64,000 nt of DNA, taken from Lama glama (taxonomy: Eukaryota). The translations under genes and the position numbers were made by a program. Shown here in pieces: positions 1-12,700 of this stretch (position 1 is its first letter; each line of letters starts with the position of its first letter). Location of the stretch: assembly GCA_028534125.1 (NCBI GenBank), contig CM052850.1:25978001-26042000 (forward strand). The letters run 5' to 3'. The notes beneath the pieces are model-generated. The model had not been told where the DNA came from. It did not search any database and was given only the letters and a program-made list of their open reading frames with translations.

Positions 1-660
1 ATTTCTGGTTGAATGTATTTTGCTGAGTATTTTTTTTCTCTCTACTGGAAGTGAGGTTTTCTCTACCATCCATCTCCTAACCGGTTATCGTCTGTGTGTA
101 CGAGGGTGTTGGTTGCTGTGTGTTCATTTTTCTCTTTCTGCCGTACTGGGCTCTTCTCACCATTTGACTCGCTTTACCGCGGTGTCTCGGTTTTCCATGT
201 GTAGCATCATTTAACCTGCAAAATGAGACAATCTCGCGGGTTCCTCTGTCTGGTCACGGCAGTGCCGCAGCACTCTGGTGGGCTGTCTTGGAAGGAGGCA
301 CCGGGCGACCTGAATGGAGACGCTTCCCCTGTCCGTAGTAAGTGAGGTGCCAGCTTGAGTCCTAAAGTGCATACATGTTCTTTGTCATGTGAAGAAAGTG
401 CCATTCCTGTTCTCATTGTGAAGGGGTATTGAGCTTTCATCACATCACCCTTAGATGTGGTCCTGTGACTGGCCTCTGTAGGTCTGTGTTGCCATGTAGT
501 GTGTTCATGAATTTTCTGCTCTTGACTCAGCCTGGCAGTCCTGGGATAAATCCCAATGAGCCATGCTGTGTTATTTTTTAAGGCGTAGTACTTACTCACG
601 TAGTACTTTTGCATCCATGTTCCTAAGTGACGAGTCTGGCTTCTGCTTGCTCTCTTTCAG

Positions 661-778
661 GCTGGAGCCGTACGCAGACCCCTACTACGACTACGAGATA
701 GAGCGGCTCTGGCGCAGCGGCCAGTACGAGAACTTCCGGGTGCAGTACTCGGACGCCGAGCCGCACCACAGCTACCGG
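661..778 (+). CDS. ZC3H18: ZC3H18 coding exon (LEPYADPYYDYEIERLWRSGQYENFRVQY...)
   Basis: ctctttcag acceptor, gtacgc donor, 118 nt. Confidence 0.93.
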
Positions 779-3700
779 GTACGCGGCCGCGCGGCCGGCG
801 AGACCACCCTCTCTTGTCTGTGGCCTGTGTGGGCACGTGGACCCATCTCAAGCCCAGACGGACCGGTGTAGGGGGGCTGGTTCTGATCCACGGCTTGCCT
901 TTGTCGTGACGGGAGCGGAGCCGTCCTTAGAGTGGTCGGTGCTCTAGCTGTCTTTGCACTGGAGCTGCCGATTGGCTTGTTTGACACCATTTGCGGGGCC
1001 TGTGCCCCTCCTTGAGCGCGTGGCTCTTCCAGGCCCCTCGGGAGCACCTTTACGGGGCGGAGCTGCCCTCATGCGCTGCCATAACCTGGCCACTGCCAGC
1101 CAGGCCTGGTGGTCTAATGGAGGACTGTCCTGCGACTGGCAGGTCTGTGCCTCAGCCTGTGAGTCCCTGAGGGTACGCTTTTAGTGTGATGGGGAGGAGC
1201 TGCCCCCGGGGAGAGATGAGTCAGCAGCAGGCTAGTGGGTTTTGTGCTAAGCATAAAGTGACAGTCGTGAGTTTTCAGGACCCAAGGGAGGTGACTGGCT
1301 GGGGCACCCATCAAATCACATGGTGAGCTTATGGCCAGAGGTGGCCCCTGGCTGACCCTCCCATGCCCCCCTCCCCAGCGGAGCAGCCTTCTTGCCGGGG
1401 CAGGGCTGCGGGGCTGGGCTGCGGGGCTCTGGGTGCCTGGTCCCAGTCAGGGCAGCCTTGAAGGTAGCAGGACCTGTGGGGGTGTCCCTACCGCCATGTG
1501 CCCCCTCACCCCCGTGTGCCCAGGTCCCCACCGGCCTTTGTGGAGGCTCGGTCCTGTGCATCCCGCGACAAGAGCCAGGCCAGGGAGGCCTGCCTGGGCA
1601 CGCGGCCTGGGCGTGGTCAGCCTGGAGTCCCTCTGGGTTGGCGTCAGGTCCGTCCCGGTCTCCTCCGCTGGCGCCTCTGCGTTTTCTCCACGCTTCCGGT
1701 CCTAAGTGTGCCCATGTTTGGCTTTTCAACTAGGAAAGGGAACGGGAGCGCGAGCGAGAGAACCGGCAGCGCGAGCGGGAGCGCGAGCGGGAGCGAGACC
1801 GGGAGCGGGAGCGGCGGCAGCGGGAGCGCGAGCGCGAGCGCGAGCGCGAGCGGGACAAGGAGCGGCAGCGGAGGAAGGAGGAGTGGGAGCGGGAGCGCGC
1901 CAAGCGGGACGAGAAGGACCGACAGCACCGCGACCGCGACCGGGAGAAGGAGCGCGAGAAGGAGAAGGAGAAGCCCAAGGCCCGCTCCCCGCAGCCGCCC
2001 AGGTAGGGGCTCGCTTCCCGTCCGCCCCGGGCTGCGCGGCGCTGCGGCAGCCGGAGGAGGCTCCTGGCACCGCGCTGTTCTGCCGGCGGTCCCCGGGCGA
2101 GCTGCCGGCGCGGACGCGGGCTGGCGCGCGGTCAGGACGGCCCCAAACATATTTGAGTACTAGGCCGGGACAGGGGGTCCTCGTTCGAAAATTGTAGAAC
2201 TGGAGGAAGTTGCGTGTGTGTTGCAACTTTGTTGAGACACAGTTTACAGGCCGCGCGCCCGTTTGCAGGCCAGATTGTTGCTGCGGGGTCTCTCGTGGTT
2301 CTGCACAGGCTTCAAGGTTGCGCTCTCTGTGTCTGTGAGAGGCGCCTCTGGGATCAGGGTAGGGACTGCGTCATTGCGGTGGCTCTGCCGGCTGGCCTGC
2401 GTAGTGCGGACGATACTCCCATAGCAGTATTAGTTCTTCCAGGTCATGAGCGTGGAATATCTTTCCTTTTCCTGTGTCTTCAGTTTCATCAGCGTCTTAC
2501 AATTTTCAGTGTACTGGTCTTTCACCACTTTGGAAATTTATTCCTAAGCCATTGATTATTTTTGTTATAAATAGGATTGTTTTATTTCTTTTTCAGATAA
2601 CTTGTTGTTAGTGTCTAAAAACACAGCTGGTCTCTATGCTGACTTTGTATCCTGCAGTTGTGCTGGGCACGTTTGTTAGTTCTGACGAAACCAGGCTCTC
2701 ATCCCTAATTGTCCTTTTCGTCTGACAGGCTCCTGTCCCGTGTGCCGTTGTGTTTCTGAGAGTGAAAGTCAGGACTGCAGGCTTCCGTTTTAGTTTGTGG
2801 TCAGCACCAGTGTTGACTCTCTGTCCTCTGGATGGCAGTGAAATGACCTCGCTGAAGTTGCTATATTTTTTCCTAGCACTGGGCAAAGTGAAACTCTTAG
2901 TTCAGTTTTTAAAAGATTATTTCGATGAGTCTTTTTATTTTATAGTAGTCACTCTTTAAGTTATCTTGAAATTATACATTCATTTGAGTGGATTTTGATC
3001 TGGTCTGGTCCCTTTGAAGACCCTTTTTGATAGAAGCCCTTTCCCCTAAGATACACCTTCTCTCCAGTTAGGCTCAGTCCTGGGGGCGCACTGCCAGGGG
3101 GAAGAGACTCAGTGCCTTTCTGTTCACACCCGCCAGCCACACTGCCTCCTCACTGCTCACGGGCTGTGTGTCCCTGTGTGGGCCCCAGCCTTTGCTCTGC
3201 CATTCCCTCTGCCTCCAGGGCTGTCTCGCTGCTCAGAGAGGTTCCCACACTCCTTCGTCACAGCTCTCATCATCCCCAGCCCCCTGGTGTTCACTTGTCC
3301 GTCCTCATCTTTTTCCCTTGTAGAATCGAATCCCCCGCCCTGAGGGCGTTCATGAGCATTTGACAGATGCCGTCAGTGAGTTTTGGCTTTAGTGGCAGCC
3401 TGCATTTTTACCTCAGGTGACATAAATGGGTGCTCTGCTTTCCAGAGTCATGAACTGGCTCTGTTTCCATGTGTATCCAGATGCCTAGTCGGACAGGTGA
3501 CAGCTTAAATGTCCCTGCGGGTAAACGCGTGGATTTCTGAGTCACATCAGCACGTCCACTTCGGTGGTTTTGGGATTTATAAGCATGCTTACTCTGGCTG
3601 CAGACCCCCTTCTGTCCACAAGTGTGTTTTTAGAGACTGATGGAGGATAGGCTAGCTGTGTCTCTGTGTGTCACCGCAAATCCTCCCCAACTTTCGAGGG

Positions 3701-6700
3701 ATCACATCCCAATAAACCTATCGTACATGGAAAATGCATCTAATACACTTAAGGTACTGGGCATCATCAGGTGTGGAGCCTCTCGTGCAATTTGCTGAAT
3801 ACTGTACTGAAGGTGCAAGACAGTGGTTGTCTGGGTCCAGAAGGATTGTTAAGCGTACTGGTTGTTTGCCCTCCTGGTCACATGGCTGGCAGGCGCTATA
3901 GCTCACTGCCCAGGAAAGGACAAAATTCGAAAAACGGCTTCTGCTTAATGCATGTGACTTTTCCACCATCATAAAGTCAAAAACTCAGACTTGCGCCAGC
4001 GTAAGCCAGGCACCAGTCTGTCTCATGGGACGGAGGCCTGTGTTCACAGTTCCAGGGCTGCCTGGCCTCTCTAGAGGGAAGTACATACAAATTCCAATGG
4101 AGGGTTTTCTTCAAGGCCGTGGCATGTCTTGGCTCGGCCCCCTAAGCTGCAGATCACTGTGTCTGCACAACCACAGATCTTCAAGTGAAGGAGAGTCACT
4201 GAGAACGTGGCTGCACTTGCAGGCCAGGGCTCCGGAAGCTCAACTTCCTGCGTTCTTCCTAAAATCGGGTGCAGCTTTGCTCACCACACCGGGCCGTCTG
4301 CTCCGCCGGCCACTGGCCTGGTTTGTCTCCTATGCGCCTCTATCCCCGGCACCTCATGCCGTCAGCAGAGAGGAGCTCTCGTCCCTCAGTCTGGGTTCAG
4401 CCTGTCTTGCTGGTCTCGAGAGTCTTGCAGTCCATGTGCTGTCCTGGCTGGAACCCCACCACCCGCCCCACCCCACCCCACCCCACCCCACCCCCCAGCC
4501 CCAGCGCCAGCCTGTAGGGTCAGGTCTTGCCAGGGCAGAGCTTCCAGCAGGGCCTCCTGCCTCCTTCCCTCTGACCAGCAGAGCTGGTGTGACCATTTCT
4601 GCAGGAGGCGGCTCACTCCCCGCAGTGCTCCCTTTATACCGTCGCCCTTTTATAGTGGAGTTTGTTTACTTAGCCTTTGACGGGTTGGGATTTTTTCATC
4701 AGCAGCCTGACGGAGAGAACGCTCACCTGAAGTAAGAGATGGGCTTAACTGCGTCCGGAAGGAGCCACCGGGGAGACCTCTGTCTGCCATCGGTCTATGA
4801 GCGCCCTGCCGGAAACAGCACTTGCAGGGTCCAGCGGACGTGCTGGGAGTGGGCGTGCAGGTGGTCCCCCGCGTCATCCGCAGTTAGCAAGAGCTCCTGA
4901 AACACGCCTTTTCCCCGGGAGAGGGTGAGGGAGGCGCAGCGGGCAGCATGGTGGCGCTGGCTGCGCGGTGCAGGTGGGACAGCAGGTGCCCCCCACCTCG
5001 CGCTCTCACCTGCCGCGCTGGGCGCGCTCGGGCCGGTAGTAGGTGGAATGTCAGCTCCTCCCTACACCTCAGGGCTAGGTGCCGTGCTTCTGTAGGAACT
5101 ACATCACTCCCTGGTCCAGGTTTTCCTTTCGTAATTACGCCTTTTGAGACATTTTGCCTGCTCCTAGATCTGGGCTATTTTTAGGCTAGAGTCGAACCTT
5201 TCAGCCAGTTCTGTAGAGGAATGCTTCTGCGTCATAGGGGGAATTCCCTCTTGTCTTTACAGCCAGGCCAGTGGGTGTGCGTTCCCGGGTGGAGCTGGGG
5301 CAGTGATCAGGCTGTTCCTCAGCGCAGGCAAATGAACCTCATTCCAGATATAAATAGTAAGTGGGGCCTTTCTGCAGGAATTGTCCAGACTGCCTGTTAT
5401 CTTTAAAGCTGCTTACTAAGCGTTCAGAGGTAGTGTGAGGTTCGGTGCCTCTTGGGGTTGGTCCAGCAGACTTCTCACCTCCTTGGAGATTAGCTGACCC
5501 TCCTAAGGGAGCACTTGCTTCCCATTTCCTCACCCTCGTCCAAGCCTGGCCTTTGCCCGGCGTCTCAGGGTGCCTGTTGGTGTGGAGCCTGGGGAACTGT
5601 CACTTCCAGGGCCATGGAAGTTGCCCTGCTCAAGTGTGCTAACCTGGGGGTCTCCTTTTGGAGACATGCTGGGATCTTGGCAGGTTGGGGGCCCTCTTCA
5701 GAGGGCCATGTGCCCCTCAGCAGGGAGGAGCCACTGTTCCCAATGGTCCGCGGAGGGCTGGTTGCTGTGTGGCCTTCTGCTGCCCTGGAGAGGAGAGTGA
5801 TGGTCACTCAGGCCTGCTTTGGCGGGTCTGTGGGACTCTGCTGTCTCTTTGCCAAAAAATATGTGTTAGGTTTCCCTCTGCTTTTGGAGACTTTTTTCCT
5901 CCACATTTCCTTGAGTGCAGCTGCCCCTCCCTCGGCCTCACCTCCAGCCGCAGTGGCTCACCACCACCTTCAGTGCCATCTGGTGATGTGCACACCTTCT
6001 GTGTGGAATTCAGGGATTTCATGAATTTAACCACCACGAGCTGGGCTCCATCTCGACCCCATGGTGGCGTTGCCGCCTCCGCTGACCCCAAGTGTGTCGG
6101 ACAGTCACACCTGGGCAGCTGCGGAGCCTGGCCCCTCCTCTCCCAGCAGCAGAGCTCTGCCCCCATACTTAGTGCTCCTGGCAGTGGTCACCGAGGTCGG
6201 AGCCCCAGCAGTGAGGTGCCGCTTTAAAACACTCACTCATGTGTTAGCGAAGAACTCACTCCCTAGGAACTTAATAAACCTCATCTTATCTTTTTCATCT
6301 TCGTTCTGATCTGTCCTGGCCATGGCTTGCCCAGCTCTGTGAAAGTCACTGTGCACAGGGCGTTTTCAAGGAAAGGTGTATCCTGTTTTTGAGCTTCTTG
6401 ACTCTTTACCCACTGAATTGTCCAGAAGTTGCCTGTTTGACAAAGATGAGAGGATAACACTGGTCTCCCTCCTGCTCAGCTCTAAGTAGTGCCGTGCGGT
6501 AGGCCTCACAGAAGCCGTCCTGGATCAGGGAGCTCTGCTGAGCCGGTGGGAGCTCAGTCTCGGCTGTGGGGTGCAGAAGGCTGAGGCCGCGGTGGTTCTC
6601 GGGGTGTCGGGCCCTCCCAGGGGAACAGCGCCTGGATGGCCCCGCCCACCACTTGAGGCTTTTTCTTCTCTTCACCCGGAAGTTAAAGTCTTAGTAGGTG

Positions 6701-9700
6701 GCACTTACATGTCAGCTTTGTTGGCAGTGACATTTCTTTAAGCTGTAGCCACTTGTGATAAAGTACAAATGTGTTTTCAAATCCAAGGAATAAACGGACA
6801 GGTCTGTCACACCGGTGCCCCTCGCCCAGGTCTTCGTGGCCTCCTGGGGAGAAGCCCTGGTGTGCAGGGGACTGGAAGGGACTGCTCACAGCTGACAGGT
6901 CATGAAGGCTGCCCAGGGCCACTGGGCGTGGGGACCTGTGGGCAACCTGATGCAGCAGTGGGAAGGAGAAGCAAGTCCGCTCCCAGCGAAGTCATGAGAG
7001 GGCCTGGCGGAGGGAAGCCCCATGCTGCCAGGTCTGCTCCCTGTCCCCCTGTGGGACGTGTCACCCTTCCGTTTCAGGAGAGAACCTTCCTCCTTTTTAT
7101 CTCTTCTTATCTTTAACCCCAAACTGGGCAGCTGCTCAGGGTGGAGTTTGCAGACGCCCTCCCCGTGGCTGCCTCACGCCGCTGCCCTGGTGCTGTGCGG
7201 GGACCAGGGCCCTTTCTCGTGTTTGCTCTGACTGCGCCTGCCTGGCCAGCACAGCTGACCTTTGCTCCGTGGAGTCTGCCTCCTGTGGCCTTGAACAAAG
7301 GAACAGGGGTCAGGAAGATAAGGCTCTGTACTGGTGTGCTGCAAGGCTCTGCTCGGAGATGATCGGGGTTTTCCCCTTTCTGTTCACAAGGGCTTATGCA
7401 AATTCCAAATCTGTCTGCCAGCTTTGATGCCAGCGTTCCTGGCCGACCGAGGCCCTCCCTCCCAGCTGTCCCACTCACGCAGGTTTCCTCCGCCCTTCTC
7501 CAGCCTCCCATTGTGAGGTGGCGGCCTGCGCACCAGGCTTCAGTGGGAGGCCTGTGGGGACAGCGTGGCGCCCCTGCGGCTTTACGTCGCAGTGTGGTTG
7601 CTGGCTTGTCTGTCTCCCAGGTACTCCAAGTCCCTTTAGGCTCTCCTGAGTCGGGTGAGACAGCAGAGGGACAGTTTTGGTCCTCTGCGGCCGCCAGGCG
7701 CCAGCCCACAGACCCAGGCCGTGGGCGCCGAGGCCAGAGGTGTTCTCTGTCACTGATCCCCTCCTGCTGGGTCGTGTTCAACTTACCGGTTGGTGCAGGA
7801 CACCTTCTGCCGCCCCCAAGGGTGCTGAGCTGGGGGCGGTGAGGACAGTGGCAGCGAGTGAGCCCTTCGTGGGGTCAGTGGGCAGCATGGGGCTCCTGCC
7901 TGGTCCTTTGAGTGACCTGGGAGTGCCCCGACCTTGCCTCTTCCCACCTCCCCGGGAGTGTAGGAGCAGGGTTCCCAAGTGGTGTTCAGTGACCTCTGTT
8001 GCCTGTTCACTCAGCCATCCTTCCCAAATAGCCGCCGTCTAAAACTGATGGGTCGCACTCTGCCTCCAAGTTTGAAACCTTTTCTTCCTGGTTTGGGCCC
8101 CACGTCTGGGGGAGCCCTTCCGGGCTCAGCGAACTCATTAACACCAAGCTCTGGGCGTCTGCAGGAGCGTCTTGTTTCACACAGTGACCCCCCCAACCCC
8201 ACTTTTTTCCTGTACCGCCCGTGTGGTCTTCTACATCAGGACCACTTGTACCATTCGTTTATATACTTTAAAAATGTTTCCACCTTTTAACCTTAAATCC
8301 ATCTTAAAAGGAAGTTTTACATCCTTACTGCACAGCAAGCACGGGTGCTTTGTCCTAGTAAATCACAGCAGAAACAGAGTCAGAAACAGAACTGGTTTTC
8401 TTTGTACTCATTAAAATCAGGAGCCCAACTGGCTGCGTTTTGGGGAACACAGACTTGCTGAATGGGGTCCCTTGTTGACCAGGGTCACCGCCAGGCTGGT
8501 GCCAGCCCTCCCGAGGGGTGATGGGAGCTCTGGGTCCGCCCGCGGCCCCAGCCCAGAGGAGTCGTCTCCTGGCCTCGTCCTGGTGCTCTTAAGACCACCA
8601 GTTCATTGTGAGACCCAGAGTGAGTGAGGAAACCTTGGCTGTCAAAGGTGGTGGAGGCCTGCTGTGGCCGCCTCTCTGTGGCCACGAGTGATGCTTGTTC
8701 CCTGGCTGTCATGGGGCCAGGGGCCAGGGCTCTGTCCTGCCCACCACCGCGGCAGCGGGGTCTCAGTGCTGTGCTGGAAGGACAGCAGGTCGACAGAACT
8801 GGGCCGTTCTGATGACTCATGAAGAGGCTAGTGACCCAGGTGTTCCATTTCCTGTTGCATGTTTAGAACGAGAACAGCTCAGGAAGTGCAAAGGTGAAAG
8901 CAGCGTGGCTGGCTGGGACACCTGGAGTCATCAGGAGGGTTCCTTCCTACCTGGACAGCGCCTCCAGCAGGACACGCTTATGCGCGGAGGGGCCGTGACT
9001 CTCGGGGCTGAGGGCTGAAGTGTCAGGGACTTTGTGCCTCACTTAGTGTGTCCTTAGGGTGACTTTGAATGTTGAGTGTTGCTCCTGGTGTGGGGCCCTT
9101 AACAGATGGTAGGCATGGAGCCTGCTAGTTGGTGGATTGATTGAATAGGTCTGAAAATGTCAGTAGGCGTTGATTTTTATGAGTTGTGATGTAACATAAC
9201 TAGATGGTGGTGGTGGAGAACTTAGAGTAACTAAAAACCTACCCCCAAGCAACAGGATTTTTTACAAAGAAAACCGTGATCTTTTGCCGACACCCGTCAG
9301 AGAAGAGGTGAGTAAACACAGGACACTGTTCCTCCCAAGCCGGGCGGCCGAGCAGCTGGAGCTGCCCTGCGGTCGGGCGGCCAGGCTGCGCCCAGATGCC
9401 TCTGAGGGGGAGGGGCGCTGGCAATTGTGACTCTCTGGGGTCTTGCCTACAGACGGGACTCTTGCGTGAGATAAGACAGGAACGGGAGAGCCCGGCCCCT
9501 CAGAACATACCTACCCCAGAGTGGCATCGCCCACAAGCCTTTCAGGAAACGGAGGCGGGGCGGGAGCGCGGCTTCCCCTCAGACCCTGCGCGACACCCAG
9601 AGTTGTTAGAGGGACGGAAACCAGCCCCGTGCTGTGCTGAGTGTCAGTCGGCTTCACTCTCAGGGAAAAAATTCGACAGTAGCAAGAACCTGTAAAATGC

Positions 9701-12700
9701 TCACTTCCTTCCACACACTGATTCCACATCTTAAAAGTTGGCCCTTAAAAATAAGTCCATAAAGACATATATAAGGGGTCGCTTTAATCTCTGTGTTTTC
9801 TAAACACAGAGTTAGAAACAGCTAGCAGTAGAGCAATGTCTGGACGGTGTAGCCCCTGACAGTGGGGCGCTGCACCGTCGGGAGGCCCACGAGTCCTGGA
9901 GGGCGCCCAGCTGTGCTCAATGTGTTCATCGAGGAACGTGAGAAAAGGCGGGAAGGAGACGCGGAGGTGCTAAACGGCGGCTGTCCCCGGAGAGCAAGAT
10001 GACAAGCTTTTACTTCCTTTTTACTTTGTGTGTGATTTTTAATTGATAACAATATGGCACAAGGCCAGCAGGTACCTTGGTGCTGAGCTGTGTGGTTGTT
10101 GTGGGGCCCTGTGCTCTGGCTTGTAAAGCAGGGGTGTTGCGGGGTGGGTGCCACCGTGGCTCGGAGCAGAGCCTCGTCCCCAGAGCTGTGCTGCGAGCTG
10201 CTGCCGGGCCCAGTCCCCGCTCGCACCCTCGGGCCTGGGGGCTCCCCCTCCGCAGCGCGCGGGGGCGGGCACCACAGAGGCTTTCCTGCGCAGGCCTTGG
10301 TGGGTGCAGCCCCACTGGTGACCACCACGGAGGCAGCCACTGTGGGGGCAGATTGGTTGGGAGGCCCAGCAGGGTCTGACCCGCTGGCCCTCAGCCTGCA
10401 CACACCTTTCATGCGGTGACTGACGCCCTGGGCCGCGCCAGTCTCTCCGGCCCGGGGTCTAATCGGAATGTTCTTGGGGTGAGTTTGAGAACTTCAGAGA
10501 ACAAAAGAGATGTCAGAGGCTTGGACTGTGTATTTAACTCTTTTGAAAACAAGTAGTTGTTCAGCACCTTGAACTTGCTGAACGCTGATTGTGCACCTAC
10601 TGGGTGCCACCCCAGAGAGAAGGCCGCCCTGTCCTGTCCCTCCCAGAGCATGTGCCGCGGGGAAGGTTGGGACTCGGGCACCGGCAGGACTGGTGCCAGC
10701 ATGGTCAGGGGCCGTGTTCCCATGGAAAGACGCCTCTCGTGGAGCAGGCCTGCCCATCTTGTTCGTGGTGGGCTCTGCCGTCCATCGGTGCCCCTGGGCA
10801 GGCCACTGAGCTCCAGGTCTCCTCAGTTTTTCTAACCAAACAGCAGTGCTGTCTGGCAGGAGGTGGCCTGAGGCCACTCACCTTTCTGTGATTTCAGCCG
10901 TCAAGCTGAGCTGCCAAAGAAGGAGGCAGCCTCCACGGGGCCCCAGGTGAAGAGAGCTGACGAGTGGAAGGACCCCTGGCGCCGGTCCAAGTCCCCCAAG
11001 AAGAAACTCGGAGTGTCGGTCTCCCCTAGCCGGGCACGACGGCGCCGGAAAACGTCAGCCTCGTCGGCCTCTGCCTCCAATTCCTCCAGGTGAGGAGCGC
11101 TGGCGGCCGCTGCCCGAAGATGGTGTCAGCGGGACAGAGCGGGCGTCTGTCTGCTCAGCGGGGGTGTGGGGTAGCTGAGTGGCAGTGTTGGTGCAAACTG
11201 GTCTGATGCTGAGCACGTTGGTGAGGCTCACATACCCCCAGAATAAACGGCAAGGTCAGCCAGGGTGCGGGCCACCCAGAACGGACCCCAGATTTGGGCA
11301 GGGGAGAGACGCTGCAAGGTAGGAGGCCAGAACCAGCATGACCCTGGCATCTCGTCAGTCCGCCTTCTTCTCCTGCGGGTTTGGGTCAGCAGCTCTGAAA
11401 TCTGGGAGTACACAGGGTCTGCACAAATGAGCGGGAATGCCGTGAGTGATGAGGGCTGGGTCTCGCCCAGAAGAGGGCCGAGAGGAGCCTGCCGAGTTGG
11501 ACGGGAACTGCAGGTGTCTGTGGACTCAAAGTGTTCACTCCCTGCCCGCGTCAGACACACCCGCCTACACGTGTGGGCACAGGTGTCCTGGCGCTACCCA
11601 CTGAGGGCTGAGGAACCATCACCAGCAAGAGTGAGCACACCTGCCACCCAGATCTTGGTTTCTAAACACCATTCCCACAACCAGGGGACTGGCCTGCAGT
11701 GTGTCCACAAGCTGCCCGAGGGTGGGTGTGTGTCTGTGTGTGTGGCTGTGCCTTCCAGGCCTGTGCCTGGGCAAAGGACAGCAGGACTGGCGCCGGGGGT
11801 GGGATGGGCAGCGGACGACCGGCCTCTGTCCTCTCTCGTCCCCTCGGGGCTGCAGGTCGTCCTCGCGGTCCTCATCCTACTCTGGCTCTGGCTCGTCCCG
11901 GTCCCGATCCCGGTCCTCGTCCTACAGCTCCTACTCCAGCCGCTCTTCCAGACACAGCTCGTTCTCAGGCAGCCGGTCCAGGTACGTCCCTGAGGTGCTG
12001 CGGGTGCAGGGAGCGTGGGCTCATCCATAGTTGCCTGCGTGATGGGAGGTCTGCCTTGACAGGGCCCTTCTGGGTCCTCAGTCGTTTGCAGAACAGTCGC
12101 TGGGTTACAGGGTTGAGTGGTGAATTCTGGAGGATACACAACAAGAGGCCGAGTCACCAGCAGCAGATGCTGGGGTTGTTGACACAGGGCCACACATCAG
12201 GGGGCCCAGGAGCCACTCTGCCCTCGCCTGGTTCAGGAGGTGTGTGCGCTAAAATGAAGGAGGCAGCTATGGGGTCAGCGCCAGCCCTTGTGACCCCCGC
12301 GGCCCTGCACTGTCCACTGGGGGCCACCGACCACATGTGGCAGTTCACATCCCAGCACAGGGGAGGTGTGGGAGGGTGCACCAGCCCTGGTTGGCGTGCT
12401 CAGGTACGGAACATCTCCATCTTTGCAGAAAGTGCTGCTGCTCCATTCTAGAAAGATCACAGAACGTGTACATTTTCTCCCCTGAAAATAGGCAAACTGC
12501 TGGGAATTTTAGAGAATTTCTGGTTGTTATTTGGGAGGGAGGACGAGCCCTGGTCAGTGTGAGGAGGGGAGAAGTCCTGACGCGCTAGTGGCTGCTTTGG
12601 CCCTTCCCACCACACCCCTGCCTCCGCACGCACTCCACCGGCACAGACCTAGAGCCACACGCCTTCCCCACTCCCACCCACATCCCTATCCTGCTCACCC

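Noticed and set aside
1644-2226. Antisense and alternative-frame ORFs encoding (RS)n, (LA/LP)n or (AS/GS)n peptides
   Set aside because: They are shadows of the GAGCGN hexamer repeats of the ZC3H18 Arg-Glu exon; no independent gene signals.
9256-9307. Possible 52-nt cryptic ZC3H18 exon with a strong GAG|GTGAGT donor
   Set aside because: The upstream acceptor lacks a polypyrimidine tract; too weak to support.
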